A stretch of DNA of 62,968 nt, filler included, from Callorhinchus milii (Eukaryota), in NCBI RefSeq assembly GCF_018977255.1. It is 4 parts of 4 records of this genome, joined end to end, with 100 filler letters (N's around TTAATTAATTAA, not from the genome) between each part and the next. Parts side by side here need not be neighbours in the genome. Positions count along the whole stretch, not along the records: positions 44,893 to 62,968 come from NW_024705044.1; 3 more parts are not named here. One strand, 5' to 3'. The notes under the pieces are model-generated. The model saw nothing but the letters and a program-made list of their open reading frames with translations, did no database searches and was not told where the DNA came from. Shown one piece after another: positions 51,361-61,704 of the stretch; the stretch's first letter is position 1; every line of letters starts with the position of its first letter. The translations under genes were made by a program, and so were the position numbers.

Positions 51361-51660
51361 TGTGCCGCAGTGATTAGTGCGCTGCGCGCTAAACCCGGCC
51401 TCTCTGACCCGAGTTCAATTCCATCTGACGGCCAACACCGGTGACGGTTATCTCAACCGGTCCTGGGCCTCCCATAGGTCGACTCAGCCTCAAATGAGTA
51501 TCTGGTTGTGGTGTGTCAACATCGCCACGAGGAAAGATTAAGCCAGCCCGGTGCGGTGTGCTGCTGGCAACCCACGCCCGCGTGTGCCGTGCCAGCCTTC
51601 ATTAGTGTACTTGCCCCTGACAGTCTGTTCAGGCTATACGGGGGATCTTTGTCTTTGCAC
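51360..51660 (+). mobile_element. SINE, same family as 48083-48427
   Basis: ccgagttcaattcc, ggtcgactcagcct core, gggggatctttgtctttg tail. Confidence 0.75.
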
Positions 51661-52179
51661 GCGTGGTGCGAGCGCGCATTCTCTGTGGTTTTGTGTGCAC
51701 AGGTGAGCGTCAAAGTGGCAGAGCGCGGCAAACATCCTAAACATTTCTTTCTGGAGGGCGGGAGGGGTTGGATATATGTTAAGTCAAACTTGATGCCTTT
51801 CACACCCATCACTTGAGCCAGGCTCGCTGAGTTGCCATGCGATTTACGTTTGACGTTTGCTGTTGTTGGTTCAACCGTTAATCTTATTGCACAAACTGGT
51901 CTGGTTCTTCTTCTTCTTGTAGTTGTTTTATCGATCAAGTAAAACGTCGTGGGTTCTGTGTTCGTGAACTTCGGTTGGTCATCACGCCGCCTTTTTTTGA
52001 TGGCGCGTTTTTTCCCGTTGTTGTTTAAATCGCAGTCCCATCTCAACGTGTGCCTCCCCACGCTCCGTGTTCGGAGTTGCAAATGCCCCGACCACACGCG
52101 CATCAAATGTGCACTCACCTCCGCGATGAATTCCAAGATCCCCCGTTGCAGCCTTGACAGATCTTTTGGAGGCAAGCGC

Positions 52180-52430
52180 TGTTCGCGAGTAGCGGCACCC
52201 ATGAAGGCTGGCACCGCCGCCTTTGTCTTACGCACTGGCGATGGTTATTTTGTATGTTACATATCGCACCAGCGACTCATTTGAGGCAAAGTCGTGATGA
52301 CGGGAGGTCCGCAGGATCGGTTCGGTTCATCGCCAGCGGTGTTGGTGGCCTTGAGCGGGAATTGAACTCAGGTCACTCGCCGGGTTCGTAGCGCAGTGCG
52401 CTAACCGCGCGGCTACAACTGGCGCTCCCC
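52180..52430 (-). mobile_element. SINE, same family as 48083-48427, reverse orientation
   Basis: Head gtagccgcgcggttagcgcactgcgctacgaacccggcg..gagttcaattcccg on the minus strand. Confidence 0.7.
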
Positions 52431-52584
52431 ATATACCTGGTAAGATGAAAAAACAACCGTAGTTTTATTTGTGTTTAGTATTTCTAAGTGATTTGTTTAC
52501 CTCTCCGATATTTTGGCCTTTTGTCGTGTTTTTGTATTGTGTGTTGTTGTACCGTTCTTCCTCCTTGCACCTACTGGACATATA

Positions 52585-53136
52585 CAGTGATCCCTCGTTT
52601 ATCGCGGTTAATGGGGACCGGAACCCCTCGTGATAGGTGAAAATCCGCGAAGTAGGATTGGCCCCCCTAGGAATTTCCGTATATGTGTGTGTGGGTACCA
52701 GAATGTTTAAAATATGTATATTTATACTTTATATATATTTTTTACTTAAATCCATTTAATTATAAAACCTTAATATTATACTGTACATTTACTCTCTCTC
52801 TCATACGATACGTATTATGGTGTTCTACACTCACCAATGACAGTAGTATCTTGAGACTTGACTCCAGTAATGACGACGACGACGATGACAATGACGACGA
52901 TGACGATGACAATGACGATGACAATGACGACGATGACGATGACAATGACGATGACGATGACAATGACGATGACAATGACGACGATGACAGACCTGTGCAG
53001 TTCGATGAATGTGATGATGAATGATGATGATGATGGTGTTACTGCACAGGTATAATGAGGCCTTTAAATCAGTTGGAAAAATCCGCGATGCACTGAGGCC
53101 GCGAAACTTGAACCGCGAAGTGGTGAGGGATTACTG
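52585..53136. mobile_element. Tigger/pogo-like (Tc1/mariner) non-autonomous element with an internal (GAC/GAT)n repeat
   Basis: TA|CAGTGATCCCTC...GAGGGATTACTG|TA termini with TA duplication; trinucleotide tract at about 52870-53035. Confidence 0.85.
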
Positions 53137-53598
53137 TATATCGAAAAAAGGGAAATTTGTGATAATGTGTGTCTGTTCGAAATGTTTAGCATACTTCCCA
53201 ACATGCAACAAATTTGAAATTTGGCATGTGGGTAGCTTCCAGACTGTACACAATGCAGAAAGTATAAAAATAGACTTTTGTATTGGGGGGGGGGGGGCGG
53301 TGACGTCTGTGATGTCACTTGCCATGCAAAATATATCCATTATTGCGCCCCCCCCCCAAAATACATCGTCACGCATCCCCCCCACCCTCCGCGTAGGCCG
53401 TGTATTAATCCAAGACAAGAATCCAAGTCTCGGGCGAAGCCGGGTAGTAAAGCTAGTCCTGTACATAAAAAAGCTTCAAAGGTCATCGGATTCCTCCAGT
53501 CTAAATACATATTCAGATGATTCTGATCTTGCATCTACGATACATATATTCTCAATAGATATATATACACACAAGCCCATAGGTACCTCGTACGCCGT

Positions 53599-53924
53599 AG
53601 GCGCCACGGTGGCCAGATGTTAACTACCTCGACTGGTATGTAGGAGGTCATGGGTTTGATCCCGACCCTGACGGCTGTTGTATATTTGGAGTTCGCGTGT
53701 CTCTCTCTCTCTCTCTCCCTGTGGTCGCGTGAATTTTACTCCGGGTCCTCCGGATTTTTTCCTCCACATTTAGAATCAACAACATGCTTTTAGAAACATT
53801 TGGCTACTATACATGATTCTTCACGTGACAAGCCACTTTGTTGAGGCTATCATTTGTGGCCGAGTCGCTTCTGATAAAAGAGTTTTACAGCTCAGTGGGC
53901 ATTACCTGCTAAAATAAAATAAAA
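53599..53924 (+). mobile_element. V-SINE-type tRNA-derived SINE, full length
   Basis: tRNA-like head, V-domain-like ggagttcgcgtgtctct..ctccgggtcctccgg..cctccac, A-rich tail. Confidence 0.8.
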
Positions 53925-53961
53925 CACTTATTTGTTTAGTTTATAGGTAATACAGGTTTTA

Positions 53962-54256
53962 TTTTGGGTTAGATCGCCTAAATATATAAATGTGTCGTTA
54001 AAAAACACACAAATCTGGCTGCTGCCTGATGATGCCAGTTTTAATTACTGGCGAAACGTCGTACTCAGATTGTAAATGTTGTGGCTTTGCTCTCCAACAC
54101 ACAACGGGTGTGCTGTACTAGTAACGAACTGGCACGTTCTGTTTACGTGACAAACATTACTAATTGGTGGCGGGTTTAATGACACATTTATATATTTACA
54201 CGATCTAACCCAAAAAAACACCGATTATGGATGATATTGGTCGCAAAAGCCTGCGT
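53962..54256 (+). mobile_element. Fold-back Penelope-type element (family B) enclosing a hammerhead
   Basis: Arms ttttgggttagatcg..taaatatataaatgtgtc (53962-53996) / gacacatttatatattta..cgatctaacccaaaa (54181-54215); ends ggtcgcaaaagcct; homologous minus-strand copy at 58741-58980. Confidence 0.75.
54019..54068 (+). ncRNA. Minimal type I hammerhead ribozyme
   Basis: tgc CTGATGA t GCCAGT tttaatt ACTGGC GAAACGTC gta; predicted cleavage after C54060. Confidence 0.75.
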
Positions 54257-54280
54257 GTTATAATTAAATTTCGATTTAAA

Positions 54281-54476
54281 GCTTTCGTGACTGCAGGGAT
54301 TCATCTTCTTGGTTCTTTCGGTAAAATCACGTAGAAGGGAAATAAAAAAAAAATCTTCACCTGAGGACGGCTGCTTGCATTGTAGCCGAAACGTCGTGAG
54401 AATTATTTTATTATGTTTTATTTTTAATTATTTTATTATTACCCTTCTACGTGACTTTACCAAAAGAACCAATAAG
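54281..54476. mobile_element. Fold-back Penelope pLTR derivative (family A) enclosing a hammerhead
   Basis: Arms ttggttctttcggtaaaatcacgtagaaggg / cccttctacgtgactttaccaaaagaaccaa. Confidence 0.8.
54354..54402 (+). ncRNA. Minimal type I hammerhead ribozyme
   Basis: ttcac CTGAGGA c GGCTGC ttgcatt GTAGCC GAAACGTC gtgag; stems I and II pair; predicted cleavage after C54395. Confidence 0.82.
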
Positions 54477-54635
54477 GTGTTATAATTAGTTTATAGGTGT
54501 CAGTGATGGGTTCACGAAGGAGACTCGGAGTCCCGGCCTTCACAAACCCTTCATGTAATTGGAGGGAAAACACGAAATACATTTTTTAAGACACCAATTA
54601 TAATTTTTTAAAACCTCTCACCACCACCAACCACC

Positions 54636-57600
54636 CAAGGCTGGATTATGGACCGGGCAAGTGGGGCCAGTGTCCCAGGGCCTCGGACTGCAAGGGGGCC
54701 TCCAAGCCTCAGGCCTCGCGTGGTGAGTGCCCCAAGACTTCCGAAGTAAGTTGAACGCCAGGGCCCTCAGTGCGCACAGCGCGAGCTGACCACTAGACCC
54801 CTTAGTGTTTAAAACGTGATCGGAGCACTAAGGCCCCCTGGGTTCCGCAGAGCTTACAGTATGAGGCCCATCGATGCTTAAAGCGTGAGTTGACCACTCT
54901 GGCGCCCTGGCCTCTCGATGCACACATCAATCGTAACACCTGGGGGCCCCTTGGTGCATACGGTGCCTGCTTAAAACGAGAACCTCTCGGAGAGTACAGT
55001 TGCTTCTGTACAACGGAGCCACTGGTTGGCACGCTGCAATACGCTGTGACATGATACAATATTCACCAACAAGTCAGTTTATTCTGCATAACAGGACAGT
55101 TTGAAGGGCGTCATATTATGGCAAGCCATTTGTTATTTGACTTACCGTAACAAGCCATCCCTTTATTTTAGCTAGCTGCCAATTTTCCTTAGCGAGCTGC
55201 CCATATGATTCAGCTTGTTATCAGAAATTATTAAGCTAGCTGCCATTTTTGCCAGCGAGCTGCCCTTACAACCAAATTAGCTGCACTAAAAAGCCAGCGA
55301 GTGGGACCGAGGGCTCGTCGTTTGTTGAGAGCTTAGTTAGCCGTATATGACAAAAGCTATCTTTTTTCATACACTAAAGCATATATAAGAGACCCAATCC
55401 ATACTTAAAGATTAAGGGAACCCCCATTCATTTTTTCCATAGACCGTCTGTTTTTAGATCCACGGAAGAAGATGATGCTCACGTTAACATGCAAATTGTC
55501 GACAGCTCTTACGAGGTCTTTTTTCCCCTCCCCATCGATGGGGTGTGGCCTATGTGCATGGTCTCCACCAAGTCATTTCACTGACTCATCAGAAACCTTT
55601 GTTGGTTGTTCAGCCAATGGATTTTTTTTTTTATTCAAGCCACAAATTCTCTCTGTGCCAGGCAGCTATATAAGACAGTTCTTGGTAGGCAAAGCCACAG
55701 ACAAATGAATGCTTTCTTGCTTGGTTACGCCACATTAATATATTAAGAGACTTTTTTCATCTTTTTCTAAAACAACAACCTTTTTAAAGGCTATTTCAAC
55801 AATCCCTCCTAAGGGATATTTTCTAACAGCCTTTTAAAAGGGTTAAAGTGCAGAACACAGATCATGCATGCTTGCCTTACACCAGCGGACAAAGGGCAGT
55901 GCTATAGATGCAGATCTCATGCAGCAACTTGATGGGGAACGTTAATACTGGAGGGACATTTTTAAAAGAGTTGTAGCAGTGATCAAGTTCTTGGGTGAAA
56001 GAGGACCTGCGTTTAGGGGAGATGATGAACGGTTTTGGTCAACCAATAACGGTACTTTCCTTGGCATCCTAGAATTGCTATCACAATTTGACCCATTCTT
56101 AGCTGAACATATTAAAACGTTTGGTGGAAAAGGAAGAGGCTCAGTGTCCTGTTTGTCATCGACAATATGTGAATAGCTCATTGAGCTAATGGGTCAGAAA
56201 ACTCACCAAACAATAGCAGGTGAGATTCGGGATGCCAAATATTTTTCAATAATTGTTGACTCCACCCCAGACCTGTCACATGTGGACCGATTGACGTCCA
56301 TATTCCGGTTTGTTAACAGCAGCGGGAATGTGGTGGAGCAATTCCTGCGCTTTGAGCCAATTGAGCGCCACACTGGTAAAAGTTGAGCAGACTGTGTGAC
56401 TTTGATGGTGGAGGGCCTTGGGTTGGACCTCTCACACTGTAGAAGTCAGTCATATGACAACACGTCAGGAAAATACAATGGGCTACAGGCCCACCTAAAA
56501 TAAAAAAAAACCTCTGATAGAGTATGTGCCTTGCGCAGCGCATTCACTTAACTTAGTTGGTGTTAACACCTTAGACGGCAGAAGCCCAGAGGCTGACGAG
56601 TTTTTTTACATGTTGCAGTCACTGTACACATTTTGCTCTTCATCCACACACAGATGGGGGAAAGTCTTTCGGAAGACAGATGTCAGACTGACATTAAAAT
56701 CGCTGTCCAGTACTCGGTGGAGTGCTTGGGCAGAGTCAACCAAGGCACTGTGGAGAAATTACACCCATATTAGAGAGGCCTTCGGTGGTATGTGCAATGA
56801 TGATAATGAGAAAAGAGTACTCGAATTGAGGCCGCTGGACTATGTGCTAAATTGGACACCTTAGAGATAGTGTTCATGGCACATTTCTGGGACGTCATAC
56901 TTGACCGGTTCCACGCTACAAGCATGCACCTACAGAAAAGTGACATTGACATCTCTGTAGCAGCACAGCTTTTGTCTTCGTTGAGGATTTTTGGTGGGAC
57001 AGCGAGACCAGTTTGAGGCTTTTGAAAGGGCAGCCTTAAATGTGACAGGTGTCTCTCAGTCATATAAGCACGATCTTCAGCGAAAGAGGAAACGCAAAAC
57101 ATTTGCAGATGAGAGCTCAGAGGGAGAGGAAGAAGTTCAAAATAGAAACATTTTATGTGATCATTGATAAGCTAGTGGCATGCCTTGAACATCGCTTGGA
57201 CGCTTACAAGCGTTTGACCAGTCTCTTTGGAGTTCTGTTTTTGTCAGATCAGGTGTCTAACAGTGATGTCATAGTGAAAAAGGTAAATGCACTCTCCATC
57301 AGACCTGGACATGAACTTTGCCAACGAACTCATCCAATTCAAGTCTTTCATGTCTGACTCTGAGGGTGAGAAACTAAATTGCTTGAGACGTTGCAGGCAC
57401 TTAATCTGCAGTCAGTGGTCCCCAATGTTTTCGTGGCACTTCGGATTGTTTTACTTTGCCAGTGACAAACTTCCAGGGTGAGCAGACATTTTCTCTTTTA
57501 GGCAGAATAAAAATGAGCTGCAGAGTAGCATGTTGCCAAACGCGTCTCAGCTCATTGTCACTTATGTCAATAGAGTCAGACCTTGTCACACAGCTAGATG

Positions 57601-57722
57601 TTGACGATCTAGTGGATGATTTTGCGAGGAGGAAGGCAAGAAAGACACCAATATAGGAAAGCAGGGGGTGGGCTCCAATTGACATTTGCCCAGGGGCCTC
57701 ACGGGACCATGATCCGGCCCTG
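54636..57722 (+). mobile_element. Decayed full-length hAT DNA transposon (ZMYM1-like/DUF4371-type transposase pseudogene at about 55850-57656)
   Basis: TIRs CAAGGGCTGGATTATGG / reverse complement CAGGGCCGGATCATGG; 8-bp TSD caaccacc (54628-35) / cagccacc (57723-30); fragments AFRGDDE..NNGTFLGILELL, YFSIIVDSTPDLSH, PCAAHSLNLV, LKSLSSTRWS, RLSSLSLMSIE; several stops and frameshifts. Confidence 0.92.
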
Positions 57723-58087
57723 CAGCCACCCTTAGCCCCAATCAACGTGCACGACCCACACAGTGTGGCAAAAACCTTCATCGTCCAGCAGTGGACGGAC
57801 AATAGGCTATGTGCATTGTTATTACGATGAAGACTCTTAATAACTCACGCTCAGGAATGTATTCGTGCAGTGCGTGAAGGTTGTCACCCGTTGGATTTCT
57901 AGACGGGAGATTTAGTTTTTAGCGTCCCCTTGGAGTGAAATGACAGTGTCAATGTTTCCACAATCAGCGCATCCGTGGAAGGACGTGCTGTATTATACAC
58001 GTTTCTTCTTCCTCATTCTTAATACGAATTCTTAATAATATCAAAAATCCAGAAACCCTGATGTCACGCTTAACTCTGTGACGCTAT

Positions 58088-58354
58088 CATTAATAATCAT
58101 GAGCGGGTGACGTCACTCCACGTGGAGCACCCCACTCATTAATAATCATGAGCATTTGACGTCACTTAATATGGAGCACCCCTCGTTGATAATCATGAGC
58201 GGGTGACGTCACTCCACGTGGAGCACCCCACTCATTAATAATCATGAGCATTTGACGTCACTTAATATGGAGCACCCCTCGTTGATAATCATGAGCATGT
58301 GACTTCACTCTGCATGGAGCACCCCCCCCCCCACCCCAATAATAATCGTGAGCG
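58088..58354. repeat. Minisatellite with a 49/47-bp alternating (96-bp dimer) unit
   Basis: taatcatgagc..tgacgtcact....tggagcacccc five times plus a partial copy; TGACGTCA at 58108, 58157, 58204 and 58253. Confidence 0.9.
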
Positions 58355-58924
58355 AAACATTTTCGATTTAACATTTAACATTTACCGCAATATACCTGTC
58401 CTTGGACGAATTGCGATCAGTACTGTGTGCAACGAGCTTGTGCTACGTCATACATATCGCAGGGGAAGTTTGCTGATACTTTCATAAAAAATTAAAAGAA
58501 CATAATCGTAATGTTCTGTTCTTTGTTTATCGACCGATAGACGAAGGCCACCCCACGCAAAGGCACTCACGGGGATTTGTTTGACCATACTTCACCGCAA
58601 TGGTCATTGCGGGTTGGTGGAGGTCTGGGCGAGCGGTATCGGTGTCCGTGTTTAAATATCACAAGGTCACTCGCCACCAAAGTTAGCCGTGGGCAGGAGT
58701 CGAACACGGGAAAAATATCTTCACAGCGGTTCAACACGCGGCAGGCTTTCGCGACCAATATTATTCATAATCAACGTTTTTGGGTTTAGATCGCGTTATT
58801 TATAAATGTGTCGTAACCCTCCACCACCCGACACGGCCAATCAGTAAAAAAGTGTCACGTTGACAAAAGACAAATAGTTCACTGCTTTAGCCCACCGGTG
58901 TGTTGAAGCCACAACATTTACAAT

Positions 58925-58972
58925 TTGAGTACGACGTTTCGCTGGTAATTGCATCCAGCATCATCGGGCAAT
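58925..58972 (-). ncRNA. Hammerhead motif of family B with a core substitution (CCGATGA)
   Basis: tgc CCGATGA t GCTGG atgcaatta CCAGC GAAACGTC gtactc, inside a copy (58741-58980) homologous to 54010-54256. Confidence 0.65.
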
Positions 58973-59543
58973 TCGCCAGAATGGTGAGGCTCTGCTGTGT
59001 CTCCCGTTCTTATATAGAGCGGCAGCAGCAGGGTGACGTCATCATTACTAACCAGCTGCCACGCGACGTTTTTAAGAGCCAAATGTTGGTTTTGAAAATC
59101 ACCGCGGTCACGTTCACTCCGTGACTGAACGCGTGATTTCGCAAGGCACTTTATTTCGCTCGCCAGTATTTCTTTCTTTCGCGAACTTTTATAGGGGCCC
59201 TCGATTCTTTCCACAGCAAGCCACGTACAAAACACATTCCTGCCAGATTGACTAGCGTCGCGTTCGCTCCCTCTGGCAAACTCAACTGTACAATGGTAGC
59301 CGTGCTTTCATTCTTCTTGTTGCAACAGGAGGTAGTTGTATATTTATTTACTTGCTTTCAAAGCGATAGTTTTTTTTTTGCGTGCTTGGGCAGGCAAACC
59401 AAAGTCGTGGGTGAGTGGTGGGGGTGTGAGACACAGGTTGCAGATTGAGAATGTTCGGGTGGGGTGGTGTAGCCGGAAAGAATAAAACCGTTCGAGTGGA
59501 AAACCCTGAAACTTTCATGTTTACAGCAGACTCTAGATTATTA

Positions 59544-60734
59544 CACCATGTAACATTATTTTTGTTCCTGAGAAGTATGTGTTATTTCCTAATTGTTTAT
59601 GCCTCAAAAGTACAGAAAATGGCTATTATTCCCCACAAACTTTGCTTTTGTGACGATGGCAGTGATATTTTGAAATATACCTATTTTCAAAGAGAAAACG
59701 GATGACTTTGTGTCTTTTCGTTCACATAAAGTCCGAAAATTTTTTAATATGAATACAAATTAACATGTATTTATTCTCAAGTAATACAAAAAAGACCACG
59801 AAAGATTTAGACACCAAGGTGCACTACCACAGGCGGGACTGGCCACAGCGGACCGAGTTCTCTGTGGGCAAGAACAACGTCAAGTGGGAGTCACTGGTGG
59901 ACCCCCGGAAGGTGCTGATGCCACCACTGCACATCAAATTGGGCCTTATGAAGCAATTTGTCAGAGCTGTAGATAAGGAGTCGGCAGCCTTCAATCACCT
60001 TCAAGACTTCTTCCCTAAGCTGTCTGAAGCAAAGGTCAAAGCCGGTGTCTTCGTCAGGCCACAGATGAAGAAGATCCTGGAGTGCAATGAATTCCCAAGA
60101 AGCTCACTAGTAAGGAGAAAGTGGCTTGGAACAGCTTTGTCGCAGTGGTTCGTGGCTTCCTGGGCAATCACAAGGTCTAAAACTATGTGGAGCTGGTTGA
60201 GACTATGGTGAAGAACTACGGCACAATGGGCTGTAGGATGTCCCTCATAGTCCATATCCTTGATGCTCATCTTGATAAAATCAAATAGAACATTGGAGCG
60301 TACTCGGAGGAGCAAGGCGAGCGCTTCCACCATGATATACTGGACTTTGAACGCCGCTACTTAGGACAGTATAACGAGAACATGATGGGAGACTACATTT
60401 GGGGCTGATTCGTGAAAGTGGTTTACAGTATAATCATAAATCTCCAAAAACTACTCACTTCTAATTCTTTTGTAGTCATTTTTGTATTACTTTAGTATAA
60501 ATACATGTAAATTTGTATTCATATATTGGTTTTTTCTGACTTAATGTGAATGAAAAGACACAAATTCGCCCATTTTCTCACTGTACCATTAAAAATGGTA
60601 CATTTAACAATATCACTGTCCTGGTCACAAAAGCAAAGTTTGTGTGGAATAATAGTCATTTTCTGTACTTTTTAGGCATAAGCAATTATTAAATAACACT
60701 TACTACCCAGGAACAAAAATTGTGTTACATCGTG
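59544..60734 (+). mobile_element. Chapaev3-type (CMC superfamily) DNA transposon, internally deleted
   Basis: TTA|CAC...GTG|TTA (3-bp TWA TSD), long imperfect TIRs; transposase remnant KVLMPPLHIKLGLMKQF..FPKLSEAKVKAGVF..SEEQGERFH..MMGDYIW with a frameshift and a stop. Confidence 0.88.
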
Positions 60735-61114
60735 TTACCCGCACGAAAAATGGGGAGGGCGGCCGTGGATAATTCAAATTCGCCGATAATCCAAAAGTAT
60801 CCATTTTCCGTGGATTTCTATGCCAAAAAAAAACCCCACAAATATGGGTATAAATTATATTTACGTTAAGGAAAATTGAGTTTGTAAATGAACAAAGCAA
60901 AAAATTGTCGTAAAGAATCGACAGATTGATGCGCGTGCTCAGTGATAATCACACTTTATTGCTCCCACCCAGCAGAAGACTCGGCCCACTAGGTGGATAA
61001 TAGCAGAGCCACGCCAATCATCATCAACCAAACTCCGCCCACTGTTGTAAAGATATGGCAACTACTGTACTGTAGAGGCGATGGCGTGGATTTTGGATTA
61101 ACCGAAGAACATAT

Positions 61115-61380
61115 TTGTTCGGTTTAAGCACGTGACTGCCAATACACATTTCCAAGAATAACAACATGTTTAGATTGCAACACAAGCAATCATCATCAGG
61201 TATAAATTAAATAGAAACACAAATCTAGTATACTTACATTACATTTCTCAGTATACTAGATTTATGTTTCTATTTCATTTATACCTGATGATGATTGCTT
61301 GTGTTGCAATCGAAACGTCGTATGCCAGTATTTAATTTATTATTTTATCTTTATACGTGACTTTACCGAAAGAACCAAAG
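61115..61380. mobile_element. Fold-back element with two divergent hammerhead copies
   Basis: About 62-bp near-perfect arms 61173-61234 / 61250-61311 around a 15-nt loop; right end acgtgactttaccgaaagaaccaaag (family A). Confidence 0.85.
61280..61324 (+). ncRNA. Minimal type I hammerhead ribozyme (best-preserved copy)
   Basis: tatac CTGATGA t GATTGC ttgtgtt GCAATC GAAACGTC gtatg; stem I 5 bp, stem II 6 bp perfect, palindromic ACGT stem III; predicted cleavage after C61319. Confidence 0.88.
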
Positions 61381-61399
61381 AGTAACACTAAACTCTTTG

Positions 61400-61704
61400 C
61401 ATTTTCTCAGGAAAGGCTCAGTGAACTATTTTAATAGCTCTTTTTCAGAAGCGACCTGGCCACAAATGATAGCTCAACAAAGTGGCTTATCAGGTGGGAA
61501 ATGTATAGCAGCCAACTACTCTAAACGCATGCTAATTCTAAAAGTGGAGGGAAAAACTAGAGGACCCGGAGAAAAAATCAACGCAACCACGGGGAGAGAG
61601 ACACGCAAACCGCAAATATACAAACAGGCGTCAGGGTCGGAATCGAACCCACAAACTCCTGCGTACCAGGCGAGGTAGTCAACATCTCGCCACCGCGGCG
61701 CCCC
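61400..61704 (-). mobile_element. V-SINE-type SINE, full length
   Basis: Reverse-complement homolog of 53599-53924. Confidence 0.8.

Noticed and set aside
51516..52235. 239-aa minus-strand ORF
   Set aside because: Begins and ends in SINE copies; no family motif.
52683..53055. Poly-Asp / poly-Ser ORFs
   Set aside because: Trinucleotide repeat inside a non-autonomous Tigger-like element.
53021..53623. 200-aa ORF
   Set aside because: Crosses a microsatellite, a transposon end and a SINE start; no recognisable domain.
60983..60998. CTCF-like CCACTAGGTGG
   Set aside because: Partial match only; cannot be supported from sequence alone.
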